Shown here piece by piece: positions 1 to 10,150 of a DNA stretch of 64,000 nt. The position numbers and the translations under genes are program-made. The stretch comes from Spirochaetia bacterium. GTDB taxonomy: Bacteria > Spirochaetota > Spirochaetia > CADAEX01. The stretch covers positions 3,648,001-3,712,000 of the forward strand of contig OY759746.1 of assembly GCA_963662795.1 (NCBI GenBank), read 5' to 3'. The notes beneath the pieces were generated by a model. That model had not been told where the DNA came from, did no database searches, and worked only from the letters and a program-made list of their open reading frames with translations. Every line of letters begins with the position of its first letter. Position 1 is the stretch's first letter.

Positions 1-2
1 AT

Positions 3-863
3 AATCAGTCCGATTTTACAGAACTCAGTGTTGTAATCCCCTCTTTTAACGGCGGTTCTGTAATTGAAAAAACATGTATAGAAACCATTGCGGTTCTTGA
101 TGGATTAACTGATAAATGGGAAATTCTCATAACAGACGACGGCAGTACAGACAACACCTGGGAAAAGATTAAATTACTTAACAATATGGATAAAAGGATA
201 AAGGGCATACACCTTTCCAAAAACAGCGGCCAGCAGGAAGCAACCTATTACGGGCTGTTATATTCAGCAGGCGGAAAAGTAATTACAATGGATGATGATT
301 TGCAGCATGATCCCAAATATATACCTCAAATGCTTGACTTTGGGGACGGAGGATATAGCTCAGACAGCAAAATCCTGAGGAACGGAGGATTTTTTATAGT
401 ATTTGCCTCATCCCGCAATATATATTCCATAACAAGATCATTGGGATCATTGGCACACGATCTTTTTTTCTTTCTTTTTTTCAACAAACCATTCGGCGTT
501 AAAATAACCGGCTTCAGGCTTCTATCCTGTGACCTTGTACAGAAAATAATCACATCAAAAAGAGATTTTATCTATATATCAGCAATAGCGTTAAGATTGA
601 AACCCCGTATTTACACATTGGAAACTGACGCTGCCATAATTACCAACAGCAGATACAGTCTTTTTAAGCTTATACGACTTTTTTTTCTTCTTGTTGTGCA
701 TTACACCCTCCCGGATTCACTTTATTTCAGCATAATGAAAACAATCAGGAATTTCCCAATAACAGATAAGAAGAGAAGCCCTGGATTTGTATCCCATAAA
801 ACAGATAAATCATCAGTATCAGAGACAATTCCTGGAAATTTATCAACTAGAGTAAAGGACTGA
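3..863 (+). CDS. Glycosyltransferase family 2 (DPM/ArnC-like), 5'-truncated by the window edge
   Basis: The frame is open from position 3: SVVIPSFN, ITDDGSTDNTW, NSGQQEA, TMDDDLQHDP are GT2 polyprenol-phosphate transferase motifs. The ORF-track start at 186 is internal. Confidence 0.85.
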   Translation, partial: NQSDFTELSVVIPSFNGGSVIEKTCIETIAVLDGLTDKWEILITDDGSTDNTWEKIKLLNNMDKRIKGIHLSKNSGQQEATYYGLLYSAGGKVITMDDDLQHDPKYIPQMLDFGDGGYSSDSKILRNGGFFIVFASSRNIYSITRSLGSLAHDLFFFLFFNKPFGVKITGFRLLSCDLVQKIITSKRDFIYISAIALRLKPRIYTLETDAAIITNSRYSLFKLIRLFFLLVVHYTLPDSLYFSIMKTIRNFPITDKKRSPGFVSHKTDKSSVSETIPGNLSTRVKD

Positions 864-868
864 TTAAA

Positions 869-2158
869 ATGGATAAAAAATCCATATTGATACTCGGAGG
901 CGGCAGCAGCCAGATAAATCTTATTAAAAAATCAAAAAGCATGGGCCTTTTTACAATCCTGGCAGATATTAATCCGGATGCGCCGGGAAGGGAATTCTGC
1001 AGCAAGTTCGAAAAAGTCAGCACTTTTGACTATATCGGAGCGCTAAAGGCTGCAGAGAGGAATTCTATTGATGCTGTTGCTACGGCGGGAACTGATCAGC
1101 CGGTATATACTAGCGCATATATAGCAGATAAACTTTCACTTCCCCAGTTTTTAACGCCTGAAAAAGCACTTACGGTGACGAACAAAAAACATATGAAATC
1201 TGTTTTTAAATCAGCTAAAATAAAAACAGCTGCTTATATACTTTTAGATAAAAATTCAAAAGAAACTGATATTCAGGTTCTCAAGCCGCCCTTTGTCCTT
1301 AAACCGCTTGATAGTCAGGGGCAGCGGGGGGTCATGAAATTAAACACCAGTAAGGATGTCCTTTCCAATATTGAGTATGCACTATCTTTTTCAAGAGAAA
1401 CCTCTGTTATTCTTGAAGAATATTACGATTCAGATGAGATAACATTAAGCGGCTGGGTAAAAGATGGCAAGCTGTATATATTGAGTGTGACAGACAGGGT
1501 GACTTTTGATAATTTACCTTCCATAGGGATTTGCTTATCACATCAATATCCCTCAACCTATTCCTCATCCCATAAAGATGGGATTATCGGTCTGACAGAA
1601 AATATAATAAAAGCTTTCAAAATTGAAAACGGCCCAATATATTTTCAATATCTGATTGGAAATGACGGTATATATGTTAACGAAATAGCATGCAGACTTG
1701 GGGGGGCCTACGAAGATGAATTTATACCCCATACGTCCGGAATAGATATTACAGAAATATTAATTAAAGGCTCTTTAGGAGAAACTATTCCGGATAAAAT
1801 ATTTTCCAGGATAAAACCATCTTCATTATTCTTTAACGGACAATATTTCTCAACCCTGCTACTTTTTTCAAAACCCGGTCTGATTAAACAGCTGTCATTC
1901 CCTGATAACGAAGAACAGGATGACAATATTCTTTCTTCAAAATTCATAATTAACAGCAACACAAAAATCAATCCGGTAGTAAATTCGACACAAAGAGCTG
2001 GATATGCAATACTGAAAAATTGTAATATAAATACCATTAACAGTTCTATCAAATATTTTATTGAAAATACGAAAATATCAGATGAAAAGGGATGCAATCT
2101 ATTAGTCAGTGATTTTGATTTACTGAGTTATAAAACAAGGAGACGGTTTAGTGTTTAA
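869..2158 (+). CDS. ATP-grasp domain protein (carboxylate-amine ligase)
   Basis: ILGGGSSQ N-terminus, VLKPLDSQGQRGV, ILEEY, NEIACRLGG. Confidence 0.85.
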   Translation: MDKKSILILGGGSSQINLIKKSKSMGLFTILADINPDAPGREFCSKFEKVSTFDYIGALKAAERNSIDAVATAGTDQPVYTSAYIADKLSLPQFLTPEKALTVTNKKHMKSVFKSAKIKTAAYILLDKNSKETDIQVLKPPFVLKPLDSQGQRGVMKLNTSKDVLSNIEYALSFSRETSVILEEYYDSDEITLSGWVKDGKLYILSVTDRVTFDNLPSIGICLSHQYPSTYSSSHKDGIIGLTENIIKAFKIENGPIYFQYLIGNDGIYVNEIACRLGGAYEDEFIPHTSGIDITEILIKGSLGETIPDKIFSRIKPSSLFFNGQYFSTLLLFSKPGLIKQLSFPDNEEQDDNILSSKFIINSNTKINPVVNSTQRAGYAILKNCNINTINSSIKYFIENTKISDEKGCNLLVSDFDLLSYKTRRRFSV

Positions 2159-3113
2159 GCAAAAATTCCTGTCACTTATATTACTGTTAATTTTCCTTTC
2201 CGGAATACTTTTTATTGTTTCCTGCAGCGGAAAAAAAGAAACCGGGGGCAATAAAAAACTGGTTATCGCGGAACAGTTCGGGCTTGCTTATGCCCCGCTT
2301 CAGATAATCAGGACCAACAAAATTCTTGAAAAGGAACTTCCCGGATGGGAAATAAAATGGGAAAAGCTGGTAAACACCGCATCAATAAGAGAAGCAATGC
2401 TTTCAGGAAATCTTGATGTCGGATTTATGGCAATTCCACCATTTTTAATCGGGTACAGCAACGGTATGAAATGGAAAATGTTTACAGGCCTAAGTTCTGT
2501 ACCGGTCGGCCTTGTAACATGGAAGGATAATATCAAAACGCTTTCTGATTTTACAGGCAATGACAGAATAGCGCTTCCGCAGCCCGGGAGTATTCAGCAT
2601 ATGCTTCTTTCAATGGCAGCTGAAAAACAACTTGGGAATGCCGGCTATTTTGACAATATGCTTATCACAATGGCGCATCCTGATGGAATGAATGCGCTTT
2701 TACAGAAAAAAGATGTAACGGCGCACTTTACATCACCCCCATTTATAATGCAGGAACTGAAAATACCCGGGTTCAGGCTGATATTAAGCGGAAAAGAAGC
2801 GGCAGGCAGTGATTTTACCTTTGCTGTCGGAACAGTAACTGACAGCTTCTCATCAAAAAATCCGGAAGCAGTGGAAGCAATTATTAATGCAATTAAAAAA
2901 GCTTCACAAATTATTAAAAATGAGCCTGATAAATCTGCTGAAACACTGTCACGGGAATATCAGTCAGATAAGGAAGAAATACTGGAATATATTAAACGGG
3001 ATGATATTATATACTCTACAGGAATAAACGGTACAAATATTTTTATTGATTACATGAAAAAAAGCGGCTACATTAAGTCTGATATAAATTTTACCGGTAT
3101 TTATTACAAATGA
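2151..3113 (+). CDS. ABC transporter substrate-binding lipoprotein, NitT/TauT/SsuA family
   Basis: Lipobox IVSC, LSGNLDVGF, IALPQPGSIQH, AHFTSPPF; followed by permease and ATPase genes. Confidence 0.85.
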   Translation: MFKQKFLSLILLLIFLSGILFIVSCSGKKETGGNKKLVIAEQFGLAYAPLQIIRTNKILEKELPGWEIKWEKLVNTASIREAMLSGNLDVGFMAIPPFLIGYSNGMKWKMFTGLSSVPVGLVTWKDNIKTLSDFTGNDRIALPQPGSIQHMLLSMAAEKQLGNAGYFDNMLITMAHPDGMNALLQKKDVTAHFTSPPFIMQELKIPGFRLILSGKEAAGSDFTFAVGTVTDSFSSKNPEAVEAIINAIKKASQIIKNEPDKSAETLSREYQSDKEEILEYIKRDDIIYSTGINGTNIFIDYMKKSGYIKSDINFTGIYYK

Positions 3114-3880
3114 AAAAGCCAATACTGTTAAAATTTCTCTGGATCTGTTTCTTTATTACCCTTTGGGAAGCAGTACGGCTTACAGGGAATTTTTCTCCGC
3201 TTGTATATCCATCATTATTATCAATAATTAAATCTCTTTTCCATGCATTTTCCAATGAAGGGATTGCAGTTCAGCTTTTACTTTCTTTCGCAGTTATTGC
3301 GTTTGGTATTACCGCCGGTATTATTCTTGCCATGGGCGCTGTAATGGCGGCACATTCTTCTGCATTATTTGAATCATTTCTAAAAATTGTTATTTCAATT
3401 TTCCATCCCCTTCCCGGAATAGCGCTTCTGCCGGTACTGCTTTTATGGGTCGGGACAGGGATCGAATCAATTCTGATAATAGTCCTTCATTCAGTTATCT
3501 GGCCGCTGATTACAAACCTGTATACAGGCTACAAATCAATCCCTGCAACATATACACTTGTTGCAGATAATTATTCTATGGGGAAAAAGGACAGATTTTT
3601 AAAAATTACTCTACCGGCATCACTGCCCTATTTTCTTGCAGGCTCGCGTATAGCATTTGCAAGGTCATGGCGTGCCCTGATAAGTGCAGAAATGCTTTTT
3701 GGAGCCGCAGGAGGGAAAGGCGGGATCGGGTGGTTTTTATATAACAAAAGGGTTTTTATGGATTCATCAGGGCTGTTTGCAGGGCTTCTCGTTATTGTAT
3801 TTGCAGGAATACTGACTGAAGAAGTTTTTTTCACCATTTTTGAAAACAAAACAGTGAAAAAATGGGGAATGTCCACATGA
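3110..3880 (+). CDS. ABC transporter permease, NitT/TauT family
   Basis: Hydrophobic; HPLPGIALLP, ITLPASLPY, SWRALISAEM, GIGW. Confidence 0.9.
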   Translation: MKKPILLKFLWICFFITLWEAVRLTGNFSPLVYPSLLSIIKSLFHAFSNEGIAVQLLLSFAVIAFGITAGIILAMGAVMAAHSSALFESFLKIVISIFHPLPGIALLPVLLLWVGTGIESILIIVLHSVIWPLITNLYTGYKSIPATYTLVADNYSMGKKDRFLKITLPASLPYFLAGSRIAFARSWRALISAEMLFGAAGGKGGIGWFLYNKRVFMDSSGLFAGLLVIVFAGILTEEVFFTIFENKTVKKWGMST

Positions 3881-4632
3881 ATGATTATCTTGAAATTAAA
3901 AATCTTTCTTTTTCATATACTGATGATAATCAGGGAAGAAAAAATACCAGGAAGGTCATCGACAATATTTCCTTCAATCTTCAGAAAAAAACTCTCCTTT
4001 GTATTCTTGGTCCCTCAGGATGCGGCAAAACTACACTCCTGAAAATTATCGCTTCAATGGTTCCTCCATCTGCCGGGAAAGTACTTTTTGACGGAAAAGA
4101 ACTTAAAAACCCTGATGCCGGCCGTATTTTAATATTTCAGGACGATAATCAGCTTTTCCCATGGCTTAATGTTATTGAGAATATTTTAATGCCATTGAAA
4201 TTATTCCGTATAAACAACAGAGATAATATAGCTATGGATATAATAAATAAGGTAGATCTTACAGGATTTGAAAATTATTACCCGCACAGGCTTTCGGGAG
4301 GAATGAAAAAAAGAGCGGGAATCGCAAGAGCGCTTGCAACATCACCGGAGCTCCTGCTGATGGATGAACCATTCGGGAGTCTGGATGCCCAGACAAGGAA
4401 AAAACTGCATAAACTTGTGCTTGAGATTAAAGAAAAAACTGATTTGACTGTCATATTTGTAACACATGATATCCATGAAGCTATTTTTCTTGCTACTGAT
4501 ATTGCGGTTATAGGCAAATCAGGTACGATCGCTTATCAGATAAAAAACAATTTTTCAGGAATTTCAGATTTTTCTGTTACCGGATTTTCAGACTTTTACA
4601 ATAAACTTTATTCCTTTATTGATGAGCCGTAA
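3877..4632 (+). CDS. ABC transporter ATP-binding protein, NitT/TauT family
   Basis: Walker A GPSGCGKTT, LSGGM signature, LLMDEPFGSLD, VTHD. Start placed at the ATG overlapping the permease stop (ATGA). Confidence 0.92.
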   Translation: MNDYLEIKNLSFSYTDDNQGRKNTRKVIDNISFNLQKKTLLCILGPSGCGKTTLLKIIASMVPPSAGKVLFDGKELKNPDAGRILIFQDDNQLFPWLNVIENILMPLKLFRINNRDNIAMDIINKVDLTGFENYYPHRLSGGMKKRAGIARALATSPELLLMDEPFGSLDAQTRKKLHKLVLEIKEKTDLTVIFVTHDIHEAIFLATDIAVIGKSGTIAYQIKNNFSGISDFSVTGFSDFYNKLYSFIDEP

Positions 4633-4658
4633 TTCCTTCCGGTTATTCCTGATACTGT

Positions 4659-6317
4659 TTAATCTGGTTGAACTTTATAGATTTTTACCAGGTATTCTTT
4701 TTTTTTCATATAATCAACAATTCTGACCGGATATATTTTTTTTCTTAAAGTTTTGACAAGAGTACATTTATTATTAAGAAAAGAGAGGGCTTCATCATAA
4801 TAACTGTAAACATTCCCATAAAGATCATTCCAGACAGGCCTTTCCTGCGCTATAATATCCAGTTCCTCTGTCCAGATGATATATTCAATTTTATTTAGTT
4901 CAATGTAATCGCTGAATTTTATTTTTTTTTCTATTACCTGATCAAGATCGTTATATGAACAAAGTCTACCGTAATCAAGGTTAAAAGCCAGATTTGTATT
5001 TGCAAGAATTTTTCCGCTATCACCTGTTAACTCCGTTATTTCCCTGGAATACTCATTATAGCTGATATCTTTCCAGCTATTTACCTCTGAGTAAGCCTTT
5101 GCAATCTGGTATAACAATAATACGGAAAAAGATATAAACAGAATAAATGCAGCAAAAACATTATTATTTATTCTTTTTCTTGATTTTTTACTTCTTAAAA
5201 CCACATCCATTCCTGTTTGCATATCAACATAATCTTCCTCCGTCCCTGTTTTCATATTATAAAGAATGTCTGCCTCCGTCCCCAATAAAATCCATAATAC
5301 AGGAAAGAGAAAAAAGATTGATGGAGGACTGTATTTACCTATAACAACTATTCCTGCAGCAATGCCGGCAGAAAACAATACTAAAGGGAAAATACGTTTT
5401 CTTGATTTTTCAACTAAAAAGACCAGCAATAAAGCAATTATAAGAGCTGCTGCAAATATATAAAATTGTCCTCTGATATCAGGGAGATAATAAGTTCCCT
5501 GAATCTGATAATATATCTTGTATAAAAATCTGGGAAAGGCAAGCAATTTAATAAACAAAGAATCCCCTACACCGTGTCTTGAACCAAAATTATAATAGTG
5601 ATTTAAAAAATCTCCATCCATAATTAAGCTTGCAAAAAGGGCAATTACCCCGAAGATTATTGTGATAAAAACATATAATCCAAGAATTTTGATTACAATG
5701 GAGATTTTATTTTTTTTATATAAAACTGTAGCGGCAAGAAAAGGGATTATTCCTGTAAAAATAATAAAACTGTTAGGGTGTATAAAAATCGAAAAACCGG
5801 ATAAAAACGATGCCATTAAAATCAGTCTTCTGAAATTATCCTTATCAATACCTGCAATAATAACAAGCTGTATAACTGCAAACAGATAAATAATTATTTC
5901 CTGTCTGGCAAAACGGGATATGTAAATATACTGGATATCAGTAATTATCAGCAGTAAAGTAAATATTCTGATAAAATTGGAACTGATATATTTTTTTATT
6001 AATAAATTTAGAAAATACAGCACAAAGACTGATGCAATAATTGAAATCAATCTTGCTGAATTAATAGAAAAATCCATCATTAGAAAAGGTAGCTGAATAA
6101 TATGAAATAGCAGTTTTACAGCATGCGGGAATCTTTCTGTTATTCTGAAAAACTCTTCAGTGGCAGCAGGATTTTTTTCAGTTATAATAGACCGCGTAAG
6201 GGAAGCCAGCCAGGCTTCATCTGAATGTACAAAAGGATATGAATCGAGATAAAAGAGATTAAGTAAAAAATAAAGTGCCAGTAAAAAAAATATCAGTTTA
6301 CTTTTTGCCACATTCAT
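4659..6317 (-). CDS. GT-C fold membrane glycosyltransferase (ArnT/PMT-like)
   Basis: N-terminal TM followed by PFVHSDEAW (DE motif), ARLIS, SRFARQE, many TM segments and a soluble C-terminal domain. Confidence 0.7.
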   Translation of the reverse strand: MNVAKSKLIFFLLALYFLLNLFYLDSYPFVHSDEAWLASLTRSIITEKNPAATEEFFRITERFPHAVKLLFHIIQLPFLMMDFSINSARLISIIASVFVLYFLNLLIKKYISSNFIRIFTLLLIITDIQYIYISRFARQEIIIYLFAVIQLVIIAGIDKDNFRRLILMASFLSGFSIFIHPNSFIIFTGIIPFLAATVLYKKNKISIVIKILGLYVFITIIFGVIALFASLIMDGDFLNHYYNFGSRHGVGDSLFIKLLAFPRFLYKIYYQIQGTYYLPDIRGQFYIFAAALIIALLLVFLVEKSRKRIFPLVLFSAGIAAGIVVIGKYSPPSIFFLFPVLWILLGTEADILYNMKTGTEEDYVDMQTGMDVVLRSKKSRKRINNNVFAAFILFISFSVLLLYQIAKAYSEVNSWKDISYNEYSREITELTGDSGKILANTNLAFNLDYGRLCSYNDLDQVIEKKIKFSDYIELNKIEYIIWTEELDIIAQERPVWNDLYGNVYSYYDEALSFLNNKCTLVKTLRKKIYPVRIVDYMKKKEYLVKIYKVQPD

Positions 6318-6357
6318 AATTTAAGATATTTTATCAGCAGTTGAGAAAAGTTTACAT

Positions 6358-6395
6358 AAAAAAAGCTGCCGTTCTGAATATTCATATACGGCAGC
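6358..6395 (-). terminator. Intrinsic terminator of the sulfur-relay operon
   Basis: GCTGCCGT (6365-6372) and ACGGCAGC (6388-6395) form a stem, with an A-run at 6358-6364 that is the U-tract on the minus strand. Confidence 0.75.
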
Positions 6396-6434
6396 CCTTT
6401 CTGATTTCAATAGCAGAAAGCTATTATCATCTTA

Positions 6435-7382
6435 TTACTGGGCAACGACAGGATATCCCTGGTTTGTCCATCCCATCGGAGCATTCTTGGGAACACCCAT
6501 TCCGCCTTTCAGCGAAACTGCGTCATAACCGAGGAGCCTTAAAGCTGCTACAGTCTGTCCCGCAGTCTGACCTGAATAACAGTAGATAATAATTTTTTTA
6601 TCTGAAGGCAGGGACTGAAAAGAAGAATCCATACCAGATGCAAACGGGATATTAATCGCACCGTCTATGTGCCCTTTCGCATAATCTTCAGCTCTTCTGA
6701 TTGAAACAAAAACAGCAGATTTATCTTTTGCATCAAAAATGGCTTTAGCATTGGCTTCGCTGATAATATTGCTGGCAAATGGGGTGTCCTTGATCGATGC
6801 GAATCTCTCAAAATATTCAGTAACTTTTTTTGCTATAACAGGATTTACATCATATTTTTTTGTCATATTAAGCTCAGCTGTCTCAGTTGTTGTAATTGCC
6901 TCATAGCCGGGAACTTTTGAAATTCCGAAATTCCAGCCGAAAGCCACAGATTTAACAGGAATACCAGCTGCATTCATCAGCATACCTGCCTGTGCAGCTG
7001 TCTGACCTGAATAGCAGTAGATGTATACATTCCCTTCATGAGGAAGATAGGCAAGTTTTTCAGCAACAGGCATACCCCAGGGAACACTAACTGCACCTTT
7101 TACATGGCCTTTCGCGTAATCTGCCGCTGATCTTGCGTCTATTACAAACATCTGTTCGCCAGCTTTTACTTTTTCAACAAAGTCAGCTTCCTTGATCTGA
7201 TAGTTTGTATGTGCAGCCAGATCTGCATAATAATTTTTTACCGCTTCTGCCGCATAATTTACTTTCATTTCTGCAGCAGGGGATGCGGCAGGTGCTTCTT
7301 TAGCGCCTGTAGCCCAAACAGTAGATGCTGTAGTACTTAGCAGCATTATAAGCGCGATCTTTAAAAATAAAAATTTTTTCAT
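6435..7382 (-). CDS. Exported tandem rhodanese-domain protein
   Basis: Signal peptide ending VWA followed by TGAKE; two domains, each with DYAKGH(V/I)xGA and an active-site loop YCYSGQTA. Confidence 0.85.
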   Translation of the reverse strand: MKKFLFLKIALIMLLSTTASTVWATGAKEAPAASPAAEMKVNYAAEAVKNYYADLAAHTNYQIKEADFVEKVKAGEQMFVIDARSAADYAKGHVKGAVSVPWGMPVAEKLAYLPHEGNVYIYCYSGQTAAQAGMLMNAAGIPVKSVAFGWNFGISKVPGYEAITTTETAELNMTKKYDVNPVIAKKVTEYFERFASIKDTPFASNIISEANAKAIFDAKDKSAVFVSIRRAEDYAKGHIDGAINIPFASGMDSSFQSLPSDKKIIIYCYSGQTAGQTVAALRLLGYDAVSLKGGMGVPKNAPMGWTNQGYPVVAQ

Positions 7383-7411
7383 TTAAATACCTCTTTGTTA
7401 TTTTTCTTTAT

Positions 7412-8323
7412 TTATGAATTATCTGATGAATTAATCATATAAACCGGTTTTTCCGGTTTAAACACAGGATTCATGGGATTGGCAATCCACTCAACCCATG
7501 CTCCGTCATATAATTTCAGGTTTCTATAACCAGCATTATAAAGAGCAAGATATGTCTGAGCACCTCTTATAGAAGTTTTACAGTACATATAAATCTCCTT
7601 ATCATAATCAATCTTCTCCTGAAGATATCTTATCCTTATCTGCTGCACCGGTTTATAAGTACCGTCACTGAAATTATTATCCTTATAGTTTAAAAGAACT
7701 GAACCAGGTATAGTGCCTTCCTCTTCATATTCTTTCTGTGACCTTGTATCAATAATTACTGCATCTGAGCGTGGATTATCAACGAGCTCCCTTAAATCGT
7801 CACGTACTGCTATCATATTCTTTCTTTCTTCTGAAATACTGTATGTCTTAGTTTCTCTTGAGACAGCCTGATCTGATACTTTTGCACCTTCAGACAGCAG
7901 GGCGTTAAGACCGCCGCTGACAACCTTTACAGTATCATTTCCATAATACTTTAATGTCCACCATAATCTGGCAGAATCCATATTGTCGTTATTATCATAG
8001 ACAACAATCAGCATGGAATTATCAATGCCCTTCCTGCCCATCAGTTCTTCGATCTGAACGGCAGGAGCCAGCATATTAATATATGGTGTATTAACTACGA
8101 TGTCTGCTCTTGAGATGTTTACCGCACCCTCAATATGTCCATTACTGTAGTCAGGGAAATTCCTGGCATCAATAAGAACTGTTTTACCATCGCTTATCAG
8201 ACTAATAGCTTCTTTAGCAGTGATTATTTCTGTATTTATTTCACCAGGTGCTTTCTGTCCGCAGGAGAATAGCAGCACAGTGAACAGTAAAACTGAAAAA
8301 AATATTCCGTATTTTAGTTTCAC
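7412..8323 (-). CDS. Sulfurtransferase (TST/SseA-like tandem rhodanese) lipoprotein
   Basis: Lipobox LLFSC, GHIEGAV, SARLWWTL, active site YCKTSIRG, C-terminal LYDGAWVEW. Confidence 0.88.
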   Translation of the reverse strand: MKLKYGIFFSVLLFTVLLFSCGQKAPGEINTEIITAKEAISLISDGKTVLIDARNFPDYSNGHIEGAVNISRADIVVNTPYINMLAPAVQIEELMGRKGIDNSMLIVVYDNNDNMDSARLWWTLKYYGNDTVKVVSGGLNALLSEGAKVSDQAVSRETKTYSISEERKNMIAVRDDLRELVDNPRSDAVIIDTRSQKEYEEEGTIPGSVLLNYKDNNFSDGTYKPVQQIRIRYLQEKIDYDKEIYMYCKTSIRGAQTYLALYNAGYRNLKLYDGAWVEWIANPMNPVFKPEKPVYMINSSDNS

Positions 8324-8332
8324 AATACCTCC

Positions 8333-9568
8333 TTATATCAGACTCTTGAGTTTTTCAATAATCGCCGGTTTTGAGCAATCCATGGATCCGTCAATAACTA
8401 CACCATCTTTGGTATAAAAAATGGTCATTGGCGATGCTGTACAGTCAAGTCTGTCGCAAAGTGATCTGCCTTTATAAATATCTATAAAATTGAGTTTAAC
8501 CTTATCTTCGAATTCCTTTTCAATTTCCTGAAGCATTGGCATAAGTTCCCTGCTGGGAGCATCAATAGCTGAATAAATATAAATCATGCCGATTTTTTCT
8601 TTCTGCATAATCTGATTTCTGAACATTTCGGATTCCGCTATATATTTTTCAGCACCAACGCCGGCAATTGAACCGTCACCAACAGCAGTAGCGACCTGTT
8701 TAAGTTCTTTTTCCCTGATATCACCGCAGGCTAATACACCGGGAATATCAGTACGCATTTTTTCATCAGTTGTTACATAGCCCTGTTTGGTTAGTTTTAA
8801 CTGATCCTTGAATATCTCCGAATTAGGCAGATAACCAATAAATTCAAAACATGTATCAGCAATTACAGTATCAAGATCACCAGTCTTAAGATTTTTTAGT
8901 ATTACTTTTTCAAGTCTCTCTTCTCCCTCAAAAGAATTGACAACTGTATTCCATTTGAATTCCATTTTCGGGTTAGCAAGAGCCTGTGCTTTTGCAATCT
9001 CATTACAGTCCATTTTGCCTGTATCATGAATTACTGAAACAATTACTTTTTTTGCGAATTTCGTAAGAAACATCCCTTCTTCGATGGCAGCATCACCGCT
9101 TCCGATAACCATTACAGTTTTATCTGTATTAGCCGCAGCATCACATGTAGCGCAAAAGGAAATACCTTTATCAAAAAGGAATTTCTCTTCGTTTACAGCC
9201 CCTGTTGTTCTTGGCCTTCCGCCGGATGCTATTATAACAACTTTACATTCAAAAATATTTCTGAATGTTTCAACTTCCTTGATTTCATTTTCCATTCTGA
9301 CGGTTTTTACATCTGTCAGCTTGAAATTAACGCCGAAGTTCTTAGCCTGCTGATGGAACTTGTTCATCAGTTCAAGCCCGGTTAATGAATCCGGAAAGCC
9401 GGGGAAATTCCCGATTTCGTTTGTATAAGTCGCAAGCCCACCGATGAGGGCTTTTTCTATTACAAGTGTATTAAGTCTTGCTCTGCCGCAGTATATTGCG
9501 GCAGTTAATCCGGAAGCTCCGCCACCAATTATGACGACATCGTATCGTTCTCTTGTTTTTTCTCTCAT
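8333..9568 (-). CDS. trxB: Thioredoxin reductase-like flavoprotein with a C-terminal thioredoxin-fold extension
   Basis: GGGASG FAD motif, CATCD redox motif, GSGDAAIEE, TDIPGVLACGD, QVATAVGDG, plus ~95 extra C-terminal residues. Confidence 0.85.
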   Translation of the reverse strand: MREKTRERYDVVIIGGGASGLTAAIYCGRARLNTLVIEKALIGGLATYTNEIGNFPGFPDSLTGLELMNKFHQQAKNFGVNFKLTDVKTVRMENEIKEVETFRNIFECKVVIIASGGRPRTTGAVNEEKFLFDKGISFCATCDAAANTDKTVMVIGSGDAAIEEGMFLTKFAKKVIVSVIHDTGKMDCNEIAKAQALANPKMEFKWNTVVNSFEGEERLEKVILKNLKTGDLDTVIADTCFEFIGYLPNSEIFKDQLKLTKQGYVTTDEKMRTDIPGVLACGDIREKELKQVATAVGDGSIAGVGAEKYIAESEMFRNQIMQKEKIGMIYIYSAIDAPSRELMPMLQEIEKEFEDKVKLNFIDIYKGRSLCDRLDCTASPMTIFYTKDGVVIDGSMDCSKPAIIEKLKSLI

Positions 9569-9589
9569 TACTTTTCCTTGAGTTTTTAA

Positions 9590-10135
9590 TTACATAAAAT
9601 ATTTAACAAGCAATTTGCTGCCGATCATGGCTCCTATAAAAAGGAAAAATCCAAATACCCAGCCGGAAAGAGACAAAGATGATATACCACTGTAAAACGC
9701 TCCAATATTGCATCCCTGTGCAATTCTTGCCCCGTAACCCATAAATAAACCACCAAGTATGGCAGCAAGAACCTGCCTTGAGGATTTTAATTTTTTAAAT
9801 TTGAAACCGGAGGCTATCAGTGTCGCGAAAAGAGCCCCGGTAATAATGCCTACATTTCTCATTGACGCAAAATCATTGAGAAAACCCCGTTCCAAAGTAT
9901 TTCTAGCACCTTCACTGGCAAAATAATACCATTTATCTACCGAACCGCCTGCAAATTCATATATCCAGGCTCCCCAGTTGGCAAATGCAGCAGATACACC
10001 CCAAGGGTTACCTGTTACAGCAAAAGTCACAATCTGGAAAACTGACAGTAATATGGCTCCGGTTAGATACGGCCATGCATCTTTTAACCACAGTATGTAG
10101 TAATCATTGGTTTTAATTTTATCAGTCAGCTTCAT
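9590..10135 (-). CDS. YeeE/YedE (TsuA) sulfur transporter, C-terminal half
   Basis: PWGVS, GGLFMGYGARIAQGCNIGA, SLSGW. Confidence 0.88.
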   Translation of the reverse strand: MKLTDKIKTNDYYILWLKDAWPYLTGAILLSVFQIVTFAVTGNPWGVSAAFANWGAWIYEFAGGSVDKWYYFASEGARNTLERGFLNDFASMRNVGIITGALFATLIASGFKFKKLKSSRQVLAAILGGLFMGYGARIAQGCNIGAFYSGISSLSLSGWVFGFFLFIGAMIGSKLLVKYFM

Positions 10136-10150
10136 TGATCCCTCCAGGGG

